Source of the DNA: Oceanispirochaeta sp.
Lineage (GTDB): Bacteria; Spirochaetota; Spirochaetia; DSM-2461
Reading direction: 5' to 3'
NCBI GenBank assembly: GCA_963663385.2
Contig: CAXXXD010000003.1
Coordinates: 768,001-832,000, forward strand
DNA length: 64,000 bases
The position numbers were made by a program, and so were the translations under genes. This document shows, one piece after another, positions 8,905 to 18,470 of the stretch (positions are counted from its first letter, which is position 1; each line of letters starts with the position of its first letter). The notes below the pieces were generated by a model. That model was not told where the DNA came from, ran no database searches, and saw only the letters and a program-made list of their open reading frames with translations.

Positions 8905-10380
8905 TTAATAAAACCGTTCCAGTGTCAGGGCAATGGCTTCGGCCGGACCGTTTTCCTGAATCAGTTTCAGGGATTCATCAAATCTTTCCAGAAAGACCGG
9001 GCTGGTGCGAAGGGTCTGTGAAAAAAGTTCGGGAAAAGCTTCTATGAAAAATCTTCCGCCCTCATCTGCAGCCTTTTTTGCCGCAGCCAGCAGTCGGTTT
9101 CTCAGGGGGTCTTCAAAAAAGAGATCCTTTGAAAGGGCATAGGCCCAGCCTGCCACTCCCAGAGTCAAAAGGGGAGGCGCCTCGTTCTTCTGTTTCAGGG
9201 AGTCTTCTATGGTGGGGAGTATAAACTTGGTGGTTCTGCTGGATGTATCGGTTGCCAGTCTGAGAGTCTGGTCCTTGATCCGGGTATTTTTGAATCTTCT
9301 GACCGTATTCTCCAGGAATCCTGTAACATCAAAGCCGGGAACTTCGCCGACAAAGGGCAGGGCTTCTTTTCTCATCATTGTTTCAACGGCTCTGTCAAAG
9401 GGGGACGCCGTCATAAAATCGCTGGAAAACTCAAGCCCCTCATAAAGAGCCATATGGGCAAATACAACATGCCCGGCATTCAGAAGGCGCATCTTCATTT
9501 TTTCATGGGATGAGACATCCTTCACAAAGTAGACTTCTTCCAGAATATCCAGATCCGGACGGGGGTTGTTGAACTCATCTTCAATTACCCAGAGGATAAA
9601 TGGTTCGCATGGTACGGGAGCATTATCCCTGTAGCCATAGGTCTCTTTAACATACTCCTTATCCGCGTCGCTTGTCAGGGGGGTTATCCTGTCTACCATG
9701 GAACAGGGGAAAGCCACATTTTTTTCTATCCACTCTTTCATTTCTGCGGATTTTTCCCCGGCAAAGGTAAGAACTCCCTTTTTCAGCATCCGTCCGTTCT
9801 TTTCCACATTGTCACAGGACAGGAGGTCATAGGGGGGAATCCCTTTTTCTCTTCTTAATCTCAGGGATTCGTAAATTAAACCGTAAAATGTCTTTGGTCC
9901 GGAGGAGGCTGTCAGGTCATGCTGTATATCCGGATTGGAGAGCTGAAACTCGCCGGTGGAATCATTGAAATTGTATCCCCCTTCCGTCACGGTCAGCGTC
10001 ACAAGGGTTGTCCCGGGATCGGTGAGTTTTTCCATAATCTGCGCACACCCTTCCGAGAGGATATTGTGGGATAGAAGGGAAGATATTATATAATCCCCGG
10101 TTTCATCACAGTCACTCTGTTCCAGTACCGTATAAAGACAGTCCTGCTCATTCAGCAGGGATGCCAGCGCCTTGTCATTATCCCTTGTGCTTATTCCGTA
10201 TACACCAAGATTCCGGGCGCCGCTTTTTTCCATATACCGCTGAAAAAAGACCTCCTGATGGGATCTGTGAAAATTCCCCACCCCGATATGTACGACGGAG
10301 CTGGTCAGTTCACCTCTTTCCATACCCGGCAGGATCGGGGATTTAGAAGCAAATTTCATACTGTTATTCAGTGTCTGCAT
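8905..10380 (-). CDS. Mannitol dehydrogenase family protein (mannitol 2-dehydrogenase / fructuronate reductase)
   Basis: HIGVGNFHRSHQ, TVTEGGY, LSCDN, FPCSMVDRITP, KMRLLNAGH. Confidence 0.9.
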   Translation of the reverse strand: MQTLNNSMKFASKSPILPGMERGELTSSVVHIGVGNFHRSHQEVFFQRYMEKSGARNLGVYGISTRDNDKALASLLNEQDCLYTVLEQSDCDETGDYIISSLLSHNILSEGCAQIMEKLTDPGTTLVTLTVTEGGYNFNDSTGEFQLSNPDIQHDLTASSGPKTFYGLIYESLRLRREKGIPPYDLLSCDNVEKNGRMLKKGVLTFAGEKSAEMKEWIEKNVAFPCSMVDRITPLTSDADKEYVKETYGYRDNAPVPCEPFILWVIEDEFNNPRPDLDILEEVYFVKDVSSHEKMKMRLLNAGHVVFAHMALYEGLEFSSDFMTASPFDRAVETMMRKEALPFVGEVPGFDVTGFLENTVRRFKNTRIKDQTLRLATDTSSRTTKFILPTIEDSLKQKNEAPPLLTLGVAGWAYALSKDLFFEDPLRNRLLAAAKKAADEGGRFFIEAFPELFSQTLRTSPVFLERFDESLKLIQENGPAEAIALTLERFY

Positions 10381-10412
10381 AGTGATCTCCCAAAAAATCA
10401 GATTTTAACACG

Positions 10413-10464
10413 TAATCGATTAAATATCCAGTTAATCGATTATATCACTACTTAGAGTGATATA
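10413..10464. promoter_or_regulatory. Tandem LacI-type operators plus an inverted repeat upstream of the mannitol dehydrogenase gene
   Basis: Palindrome TAATCGATTA at 10413 and 10433; TATATCACT-N6-AGTGATATA at 10441-10464. Confidence 0.6.
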
Positions 10465-10507
10465 CGCAAGCCCCCATTTCCTGCAATTCTCCGGATATAA
10501 CGGAATT

Positions 10508-11683
10508 TCATGATATTTTTATAATGCTGTTCCCGTTTTTGATAATTGATCTGTAAATTTCTGCAGCCATTATCAGCTGTTCAATCCTGATGCACTCGTT
10601 TGGTTTGTGGGCCAGGCTGATATCTCCGGGACCGAGGATGACAGTGGGAATCCCCGATTTCCCCGCACTGGCCAGGGCATTGCAGCCGTAAGGGGCGGCA
10701 TACAACTCAACATCCATTCCATTTTCCATTAAGGACTTTTCTACAAGGGAAACAAATGGACTTTCCTTATCCCCCCGCCAGCCGGGAAGGAAATCCTCCA
10801 TGATCATCCGCTTACCCGTATAGGACAGAAGATCATACCGGGCAATCTTCAACTGAATTTTATTCCTGTCCCCGAGAGCCGTTTCCAGGCGTTTTATAAA
10901 GCCTTCCCTTGTTTCTCCCTGGAGCAGACGACACTCCCATAAACTCCGGCATTCACCGGGAACGGAGCCGTTGCCGGGGGAGGGAAGGGAGCTTATCTCC
11001 ACCAGTTCAATCACTTCTTCTCCCAGAAAAGGGTCTGTCCGGCGTGGGATCTTTCTGATTTTCTCAACCGCCTCTGTCATCCTGTATACGGCATTATCTC
11101 CCAGATCGGGGCGGCTGCTGTGGGCGACCCTGCCGTAACTGGTTATCTCAATCCCTGCCCGTCCCTTTTCGGCTATACCCAGTTTCAGATCAGTAGGTTC
11201 TCCTATCACAACGGCATCCACCTTATAGCGGTCCAGGATGCTGCTGAAAGCTGTTCCAATGAGCAGCTCCTCCGCCACGCTGGCGGATACCAGAACGGTC
11301 CCTGCAAAATCCGTTCGTTTAAGGAAGGCCGGTGCACAGATCATGGCGGCAAGGGCTCCCTTCATATCGCTGGCGCCTCTCCCCCAGATTCTGTTTTCCC
11401 CTATTATTCCCCCATAGGGGTCGTGTTTCCATAAACCGGGATCCCGAACAGGAACAGCATCCATATGCCCGTCAAAGAGAAGGACAGGGCCCGGAGAGGC
11501 TCCCTTTAATTGACCGGTTACATTTCCAAAGTCGTCAACAACCACTTTATCGTATCCCAGTTCTTCCATCTTTCCTTTTACAATGCGGGCGGTGTTTCCT
11601 TCATTTCCCGATTCTCCGTGGGATCGGATAAGTTCCTGTGTAAAGGAGATGATTTCCTCTTTCTGTTTCGGGCTCAGGTTCAT
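10508..11683 (-). CDS. M20 metallopeptidase/deacylase (ArgE/DapE/YgeY-like)
   Basis: FDGHMD, GRGASDMKG, VAEE, IGEPT, AHSSRP, GPG...AHKPNE. Start set at MNLSPK. Confidence 0.85.
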   Translation of the reverse strand: MNLSPKQKEEIISFTQELIRSHGESGNEGNTARIVKGKMEELGYDKVVVDDFGNVTGQLKGASPGPVLLFDGHMDAVPVRDPGLWKHDPYGGIIGENRIWGRGASDMKGALAAMICAPAFLKRTDFAGTVLVSASVAEELLIGTAFSSILDRYKVDAVVIGEPTDLKLGIAEKGRAGIEITSYGRVAHSSRPDLGDNAVYRMTEAVEKIRKIPRRTDPFLGEEVIELVEISSLPSPGNGSVPGECRSLWECRLLQGETREGFIKRLETALGDRNKIQLKIARYDLLSYTGKRMIMEDFLPGWRGDKESPFVSLVEKSLMENGMDVELYAAPYGCNALASAGKSGIPTVILGPGDISLAHKPNECIRIEQLIMAAEIYRSIIKNGNSIIKIS

Positions 11684-11825
11684 GGGGATGGTACTTCCTT
11701 TGTTCTCCCTTTCGAATTTGTAAACAATTGTGCGCCTGTTTTTTAACATAGGCAATACGGTGCATACAAACTTTTCTGTTAATGGTACGTTTAATACAGG
11801 ATTAATTTCAAAAGGAGACTGGCAT

Positions 11826-12656
11826 ATGAAACTGACAGTACTGGTGGATAATAATACACTGATCGACCGTTACTTTACGGGAGAACCGGGGCTCTGTTTT
11901 CACATACAGGATGGTCATACAAATCTTCTGCTGGATGTGGGGTATTCGGATATCTTTATAGGGAATGCTAATAAAATGAAACTCTCCCTGAGGAACCTGG
12001 ACTACCTCGTTTTATCCCACAGTCATCTGGATCACACCTGGGGACTGGAGCCTTTGATAAGGTATTACACGGAAATGAAAATTGAAAATATCCCCCACAG
12101 GGTTCCCGTTCTCATGGGGCATACAGAACTGTTTAAAACTGTTGCGGCTCCGGATATTCCGGAAATAGGATGCCTTCTGCCGGAAGAGAAACTGCGTCGT
12201 CATTTTGAAATGAGTCTGGAAAGAACGCCTCAATGGATCAGTGAGAACCTGGTTTTTCTGGGGGAGATCCCGCGGGTAAACAGTTTTGAGGGGACCCATA
12301 CATTCGGCAGAAAGGAGGGGGCGGACGAGGACGATCCGGTTCCGGAAGATTCCGCCCTTGTCTATAAATCCTCCAGAGGTCTGGTTGTAATAACCGGCTG
12401 CTCCCATTCCGGTATCTGTAATATTGCAGAGTATGCCAGAGAGGTCTGCCGTGAGGAACGGGTCTATGATATTATCGGCGGCTTTCACCTGTTGTCGCCT
12501 TCTGAAAAACAGATTCAGGGGACAATGGATTATTTCAGGCAGCTGAAACCTCATGTAATACACCCCTGTCACTGTACGGATCTGTCTTCAAAAATCAGAC
12601 TGGCTTCTGCGGCGCCGCTGGAAGAAGTGGGGGTAGGTCTGATCCTGAACTATTGA
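11826..12656 (+). CDS. Metallo-beta-lactamase-fold hydrolase (MJ0301-like)
   Basis: SHSHLDH, TGCSHSG, IIGGFH, HPCHCT; AAGGAG before the ATG at 11826. Confidence 0.85.
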   Translation: MKLTVLVDNNTLIDRYFTGEPGLCFHIQDGHTNLLLDVGYSDIFIGNANKMKLSLRNLDYLVLSHSHLDHTWGLEPLIRYYTEMKIENIPHRVPVLMGHTELFKTVAAPDIPEIGCLLPEEKLRRHFEMSLERTPQWISENLVFLGEIPRVNSFEGTHTFGRKEGADEDDPVPEDSALVYKSSRGLVVITGCSHSGICNIAEYAREVCREERVYDIIGGFHLLSPSEKQIQGTMDYFRQLKPHVIHPCHCTDLSSKIRLASAAPLEEVGVGLILNY

Positions 12657-12741
12657 TTATTATAAGGTAGAAATGCAAATACCAATCTACTAAGGTTTTA
12701 TATAGAGAGCATGATCCTGTGACTGTTTCAAGGAGGATTCT

Positions 12742-13881
12742 ATGAAAAAAGAGGGTAAAACTCTTGCGGGACTATTAGTATTTGTTCTGCCCGGTCTGCT
12801 GTTTGCTCAGGTAACAATAAAACCTCCCACGGTTGTACCGGGAAGCAGCGACTTCGGTTTGGCTGTGGAACAGGCTATAAACGAGATCCTGATTTTTGCC
12901 TCTCTGGAGATGCAGAACCAGATCAATACGGAAATCGATCCCTATCTGGGACAGGACGATCTGGCCCGGGGATTTGCCAATGCGGGAGCTTCGGCGGCTC
13001 ACATCGGAACCCAGAGGAGTTTTAACGATTATAAAATTTTTGCCTTTACCCTGGGAACCGGTTTTGCCCTGTCCGCCCCTTCCAGCGATCCCGCCCTGAT
13101 AGAACAGGCCATAAACGATATAGAGGATGAGGGGGACATCTACTTCGGTGCAGCCGCACAGCCCATAGCCGCCTCTCTGGGGATCAATCTGGGGCATTTT
13201 GTAGATAACCTGTACGGCACCATTAAATTCGGTTACGCCGATATTCAGGAAGGCACACTGACAGAGGACTTTTCCTTTAAATCCCTGAGTCTGGGGGCCA
13301 TGCTGGATTATCAGCTGCTGAAGGCACGGCAGATGCCCCTCGGTTTTCTCCGCTGGCGCGGCCTTTCTGCTGGAACCGGGCTCCTTTATCAGCGCAATGA
13401 GTCCATTTTTGTAATCAATTTTCCCGTTGATCCGGTGGAAACCGATACGGTTGATCTCCCGGATCCCCATACGGATCTGACTGCTGTACTGGAGGTGGAT
13501 CCTGAACTAACCCTCGGCGCTTCATCCAGCTCCTGGTCCATTCCCATCGAGGCAACCACCGGGCTTCGTATCCTGTGGCTCCTGGACATTAATCTGGGGG
13601 CGGGCGTCGACCTGGCATTCGGCGGTTCCGATATTGATGTTACTATAGGAAGCCCTGTCCGGGCCTCCCAGTCCAGCGACTATAACATGAGCTTTACAGA
13701 GGGCTCTGTAGAAATAGATGCGGGGACGGAAGGAGAGGGGCCGCAATTTGTACGGCCCAGGCTTACAGCGGGACTGAGCCTTAATCTGGGGCTTGTCAAA
13801 CTGGATGTCCCCTTTATGTACTACTTCGATACGGAAGGAAACAGCGCCATGGTTGGTGTAAATGCGGGGATTGTCTGGTAA
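12742..13881 (+). CDS. Secreted/outer-membrane protein, probable beta-barrel (spirochaetal, Lsa36-like)
   Basis: Signal peptide ending LFA-Q, alternating amphipathic strands, C-terminal VNAGIVW aromatic end. The family name is a recollection only. Confidence 0.55.
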   Translation: MKKEGKTLAGLLVFVLPGLLFAQVTIKPPTVVPGSSDFGLAVEQAINEILIFASLEMQNQINTEIDPYLGQDDLARGFANAGASAAHIGTQRSFNDYKIFAFTLGTGFALSAPSSDPALIEQAINDIEDEGDIYFGAAAQPIAASLGINLGHFVDNLYGTIKFGYADIQEGTLTEDFSFKSLSLGAMLDYQLLKARQMPLGFLRWRGLSAGTGLLYQRNESIFVINFPVDPVETDTVDLPDPHTDLTAVLEVDPELTLGASSSSWSIPIEATTGLRILWLLDINLGAGVDLAFGGSDIDVTIGSPVRASQSSDYNMSFTEGSVEIDAGTEGEGPQFVRPRLTAGLSLNLGLVKLDVPFMYYFDTEGNSAMVGVNAGIVW

Positions 13882-14110
13882 AAAGGACAGAGTCATACAT
13901 AAAACACCCTACAGCAGTCGAACTGCCGGAGGAGTGAAACTACCGGGTAATTCGGCTTTTTACTGAACCCTTGTGTCTTGTATTAATGTTTCCACACCAT
14001 ATATATTATAGGGACGAATAAAAAACGGGACGTTTCCGGCTAAACATATCTGTTTAAATATAATAAACCGGAATATCCCTTCCAGATAAAAAATTGGAGT
14101 AAAAACAGTT

Positions 14111-15280
14111 ATGAAAACGAATGATTTTGAAGAAAAAGAAGAAAATTTTGCAGACCTTTTTGAAAATAGTATCGCTGAAATAGACTCTTTTGAACCGGGA
14201 CAGCAGGTTGAGACGGAAATCGTTTCCATTTCCGGCAATACCATCTTCCTTCAGTTGAGCGGAAAAAGCGAAGGTGTTATGGATATTGAAGAAATGATGG
14301 ATAAGGATGGTAATGTCACTGTTCAGGAGGGTGAAACCATCAAGGTGTATTTTCTTAATGCAGAAAACGGCGAAATGCATTTTACAACCCGTATCAGCGG
14401 TGAAAAAGCCGGAAAGGCCGTTCTGGAAAATGCCTTTGAAAACGGCATCCCCGTAGAAGGTGTTGTTGAAAAAGAGATAAAGGGCGGATTTGAAATAAAG
14501 ATAGGCGATTCCAGAGCCTTCTGCCCCTATTCCCAGATAGGCCTGAAACGTGTGGAGAATGCCGCCGAGTATATCGGGCAGCACCTTACTTTTAAAATCA
14601 TTGAACACAGTGAAAGAGGACGGAATATCCTTGTTTCCAGCAGAGCCATACTGGAAGATGAGCATAAGAAACAGATTGAAGTTCTGAAAGAGACCCTGAA
14701 GAAGGGTGCCGCCGTTAAGGGTACTGTCAAGTCCCTTAGAGACTTTGGCGCTTTTGTCGATATTGATGGTATACAGGCTTTGCTCCCCATTTCGGAAATC
14801 AGCAGAAGCCGTGTAGACGATATTAAAACCGTTCTATCCGTGGGACAGGAGATCGAAGCGGTTATCCTTAACCTTGACTGGCAGAATGAGCGTATTTCGG
14901 TCAGTATGAAATCTCTGGAAGCCGATCCCTGGGACAAGGCAAAAGCAAATTATCCCGAAGGCTCCAAACATACCGGTACAATTGTACGGATTACGGAGTT
15001 TGGCGCATTTGTCTCCCTGGAACCGGGACTGGACGGACTGATCCATGTTTCCGAACTGAAAGGGGATGATCCCCGGGAGGATAATCCTCAGTATACTCTG
15101 AAAAAGGGCGATTCCATTGATATTCAGATCAACAGTGTGGATGAGGAGACAAAAAGAATTTCCCTCCGACCGGCTTCCAGGGCGAAGGAAGAGGAGAGCT
15201 TTAAAAAATATATGGAAAGTGATACGGAAACCTATAATCCATTTGCCGCACTACTGAAAGACAGAATGGATAAAAAATAA
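14111..15280 (+). CDS. 30S ribosomal protein S1-like, four S1 domains
   Basis: KSEG, KGGFEI..RAFCPYSQ, DFGAFVDI...LLPISEIS, EFGAFVSLEPGLDGLIHVSEL; NPFAALLK tail. Confidence 0.85.
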   Translation: MKTNDFEEKEENFADLFENSIAEIDSFEPGQQVETEIVSISGNTIFLQLSGKSEGVMDIEEMMDKDGNVTVQEGETIKVYFLNAENGEMHFTTRISGEKAGKAVLENAFENGIPVEGVVEKEIKGGFEIKIGDSRAFCPYSQIGLKRVENAAEYIGQHLTFKIIEHSERGRNILVSSRAILEDEHKKQIEVLKETLKKGAAVKGTVKSLRDFGAFVDIDGIQALLPISEISRSRVDDIKTVLSVGQEIEAVILNLDWQNERISVSMKSLEADPWDKAKANYPEGSKHTGTIVRITEFGAFVSLEPGLDGLIHVSELKGDDPREDNPQYTLKKGDSIDIQINSVDEETKRISLRPASRAKEEESFKKYMESDTETYNPFAALLKDRMDKK

Positions 15281-15314
15281 TCCTGCTTGAGAATTATCCG
15301 ACCTGTAAAATCGC

Positions 15315-15354
15315 CTGGTTTCCCGAGCGTAGTCGAGGGGAAACCGGTTTTTTT
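15315..15354 (+). terminator. Intrinsic terminator after the S1 gene, with a REP-like loop
   Basis: CTGGTTTCCC...GGGAAACCGG followed by T7. Confidence 0.65.
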
Positions 15355-15386
15355 ATGGGATATACTGTTGAGCCCGACAAATTCTG

Positions 15387-16100
15387 TCAAAGGCTCAGTT
15401 TCATAACGTCCAGAAAACGTTCCAGAGTGGTGTTGGCGATCAGTTCTTCCGGAAACTGAAGTTCCTTCAGAAGTTTTTCACTGAAATCTGTTTCTCCCAC
15501 ACGGGAACTGTAGTGGGCATCACTGCCCAGTGTGATCATGACACCCTGTTTCCGGCACTCCGAAAGGATATTCCTGCAGTTTTCCTCGGCACCGACCCGG
15601 AATCCCCTGGGGCTTAAGCTGGTATTATTGACTTCAATAAGGGTTCCCGTCTCTCCCGCCGCTTTGATTACAGATGGTATATCAAAGGGAAAACGGCTGT
15701 CATCGGGATGTCCCAGTATTTTTACATGGGGGTTTTTCGCTGCACATATCAGTGCATTTGTATGCTCTTCCATGGTTCCGGGAGGGAAGGTGGGGATATG
15801 GAGGGAGGCAATGACGACTTCCAGCTGCTGGAGAACATCATTGTCCATATCAATTTCTCCGCTGCTGTCAATTATGTTGGCTTCCGCTCCGTGAAATACC
15901 AGTGTCCCGTGGATCTTGCGGGGAAGCACCCTCAGGTTATAAAAATGGTAAAGGTGGGCCCCTCCGGGCATCCCCGGGCTGTGATCGGTCAAAACAAAAC
16001 CCTCAAGTCCCTGTTTCCGGGCGGCCTGGGCCATCTCTTCCAGAGTAGAGTAGGCGTGTCCCGAGGCAATGGAATGTGTATGTGTATCAATCGCTATCAT
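15387..16100 (-). CDS. PHP-family phosphatase (YcdX-like)
   Basis: DTHTH..SGHAYST, TDH, EANI, GHP, EVNN, GSDAH. Confidence 0.88.
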   Translation of the reverse strand: MIAIDTHTHSIASGHAYSTLEEMAQAARKQGLEGFVLTDHSPGMPGGAHLYHFYNLRVLPRKIHGTLVFHGAEANIIDSSGEIDMDNDVLQQLEVVIASLHIPTFPPGTMEEHTNALICAAKNPHVKILGHPDDSRFPFDIPSVIKAAGETGTLIEVNNTSLSPRGFRVGAEENCRNILSECRKQGVMITLGSDAHYSSRVGETDFSEKLLKELQFPEELIANTTLERFLDVMKLSL

Positions 16101-16253
16101 GGGGACAGTGTTTCTTTTTTATCCTGAAAATGCAAGACATGGGCGAAAATTCTCTCCCGAATAGGGAACTGTTCCTGTTATAATGTAAAATATTGCCTGT
16201 ACACGGCAACAATGGATGACCGGATAAGGGTTAAACTTCTATAAGGAGTCATT

Positions 16254-16565
16254 ATGAAAAATCGAGATTTTATCATTATTGTTCTGCTGGTACTGATTCT
16301 TCTGACGGGCTGTACGGCAGGTCCGAACAGTTACAGGGGAATTCCGGACGGAGAGGGAAATACGGCAGGATTCCTGTTGGGGGTCTGGCATGGGGCTATC
16401 TCGTTTATAACTTTTATCATATCCCTGTTTAATGATAAGGTAAGTGTCTATGAAGTCCATAATAACGGCGGATGGTATAACCTGGGATTTATTCTGGGGA
16501 TTACGATAGCCTACGGCAGCAGCGGCAAAACCACGGGCTGCGGCAGGAGAAAAAGGAAATTCTGA
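16254..16565 (+). CDS. Small conserved membrane lipoprotein
   Basis: AAGGAG RBS, lipobox LTGC, AGFLLGVWHG and YEVHNNGGWYNLGF segments. Confidence 0.7.
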   Translation: MKNRDFIIIVLLVLILLTGCTAGPNSYRGIPDGEGNTAGFLLGVWHGAISFITFIISLFNDKVSVYEVHNNGGWYNLGFILGITIAYGSSGKTTGCGRRKRKF

Positions 16566-16597
16566 AAATACGGAAACAAAACCGGACAGGAGGGATT

Positions 16598-17587
16598 ATG
16601 ACAAAACTGGATCAATTGGTTGATCTGCTGAAAAAGGCCCCGGATGAAGTGTTCATTCAACCCCATAATGTTCCGGATCCCGATGCCATCGCCAGTTCCT
16701 TCGGCCTGCAGCATCTGCTGAAAGTGCGGGGGATCGAAACTGTTATTATTTATGAAAATGAGGTGGAGAAGGCCAACTCCCTTAAAATGCTTGAGCTTTT
16801 CGGGATCGAAATAGTGCCGGCAGCAGAGGTGGTGACTCTGGGAGAGGAGGACTGGACGGTTCTGGTGGATGTACAGAAGTTCAATTCCAATGTGACAGAC
16901 CTGGTAACTGATGAAGTGGCCTGTATCGACCATCATGAATTGAACGGAAAGGACGGGGGGTGCGGGTTTACCGATATCAGACCCGAAGCCGGTGCCTGCT
17001 CCAGTATCATTACAGAGTACTTTATTGAAAATGGAATTGAGATTCCCCGCAATGTGGCTACGGCACTCCTGTACGGGATCTTTATGGATACAGATGACCT
17101 TTCCCGCGGGGTCTCCGAGCTTGATATCAATATGTTCTATCACCTTTACCGCCTGTCGGATATCTCCCGGATTACCCAGCTGAAGGGGAATCAGATCAGC
17201 CAGAATGACCTGGCAGACTATGCCCGGGCGTTTCAGACCGTGGAAGTCTATGATGAGATAGGTTTTCTCTATCTGGATAACTGCAATGACTCCCTTCTGG
17301 GGGCCGCCGGGGATATTGTCCTTTCCATAGCGGGGGTCAACATAGTCGTTGCCTACTCTCCAAGGGCGGAAGGTATCAAATTCTCCCTGCGCAGTATTGA
17401 CGAGAATATCAGTGCGGAAGAACTGGTAAAGTATATCCTCAAGGGCAGAGGATTCGGGGGCGGGCACAAAACCATGGCCGGCGGATTCCTGCCCACTGGA
17501 AACCTTGAAGAAAACAGAAGCATCCATACCTATGTGAGGCATAAGGTTTTATCCCGCCTGGATCAGCGAGAGCAGCCCGATCAATGA
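16598..17587 (+). CDS. DHH/DHHA1 phosphoesterase (NrnA-like)
   Basis: HNVPDPDA, VD, IDHH, DT, SLRS, GGGH..AGG. Confidence 0.88.
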   Translation: MTKLDQLVDLLKKAPDEVFIQPHNVPDPDAIASSFGLQHLLKVRGIETVIIYENEVEKANSLKMLELFGIEIVPAAEVVTLGEEDWTVLVDVQKFNSNVTDLVTDEVACIDHHELNGKDGGCGFTDIRPEAGACSSIITEYFIENGIEIPRNVATALLYGIFMDTDDLSRGVSELDINMFYHLYRLSDISRITQLKGNQISQNDLADYARAFQTVEVYDEIGFLYLDNCNDSLLGAAGDIVLSIAGVNIVVAYSPRAEGIKFSLRSIDENISAEELVKYILKGRGFGGGHKTMAGGFLPTGNLEENRSIHTYVRHKVLSRLDQREQPDQ

Positions 17588-18285
17588 TAGATGGAAACAA
17601 CCCCCTCAATGGTTTTTTTAAGGGATAGCTGGAATGTTTCCAGGGCGGCTTCCCTGTCTCTGTTTCTAAGATGGGTGTACAGCTCTCTGGTATTCTCCAG
17701 TAAATCCTCCTTGCCGTGCAGGGAAAAATACCTCTCCCACATGCCTGCGGACAGTTCCCTGAAGGAATAAAAAACAACCGGGAGCAGGGAGTTTTCCGAC
17801 AGGATGCACAATTCATGATGAAAGCGGAATATGCACTCCGCCGATTCGGAAGCTCCCCGGGCAGCAGTGAAATTATTCAGAAGGATTTTCAGCTGATCCA
17901 TCCTCTCTTCCGTAAGCAGGGGCGTGGCCAGATCGATGGCCAGGTTTTCCATGACCATACGGATTTCCAGCAGGGATTTCATCTCTGAATTTGTCAGAAT
18001 TCCCCCTTTGTATTTCAGTATGGCATTGAGCGTTTCTATGGTTCCCTTTCTGTGAAAGTCTGCCACAAAGGCTCCAATCCGGGGTTGTATCTCTATAAAG
18101 CCGATCCTGGCCAGTTCCGCAAGGCCCGAGTTGACAACGGTACGGCTGACGGACATTCTTTCTGACAGCTCCCTCTCGGGAGGAAGCTTGTCTCCCACGC
18201 TGAGTTTACCCGAAAGGATCATATTCTCTATCTCTCTGACAAAGAGATCCTTCAGAGAGGGGGAGGACAGTTTTGAAAATTCCAT
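17581..18285 (-). CDS. GntR/FadR family transcriptional regulator
   Basis: GDKLPPERELSERMSVSRTVV wHTH; FCD-like LEIR..E and FHHEL...N. Confidence 0.9.
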   Translation of the reverse strand: MEFSKLSSPSLKDLFVREIENMILSGKLSVGDKLPPERELSERMSVSRTVVNSGLAELARIGFIEIQPRIGAFVADFHRKGTIETLNAILKYKGGILTNSEMKSLLEIRMVMENLAIDLATPLLTEERMDQLKILLNNFTAARGASESAECIFRFHHELCILSENSLLPVVFYSFRELSAGMWERYFSLHGKEDLLENTRELYTHLRNRDREAALETFQLSLKKTIEGVVSIYH

Positions 18286-18300
18286 ATCTTGAACTCCTTT

Positions 18301-18319
18301 TATCTGGTCAGACCAGATA
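18301..18319. promoter_or_regulatory. FadR-type operator
   Basis: Perfect inverted repeat TATCTGGTC-A-GACCAGATA just upstream of the regulator. Confidence 0.75.
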
Positions 18320-18398
18320 CCACGAACCTTATTTTAATGATTAAAATAATAGAAATCAATATATAACAAGTAAATAATATACATTAGATAAAAAATTA

Positions 18399-18436
18399 TT
18401 GACATTTTATTCCTGTAAACATAGACTGGTCCAGTC
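18399..18436 (+). promoter_or_regulatory. Sigma70 promoter with overlapping operator for the DUF5692 gene
   Basis: TTGACA-N17-TAGACT; GACTGG-T-CCAGTC at 18424-18436 overlaps the -10. Confidence 0.7.
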
Positions 18437-18470
18437 AATTTTATAAACAGATTCTTCTGGAGGCTTATTA

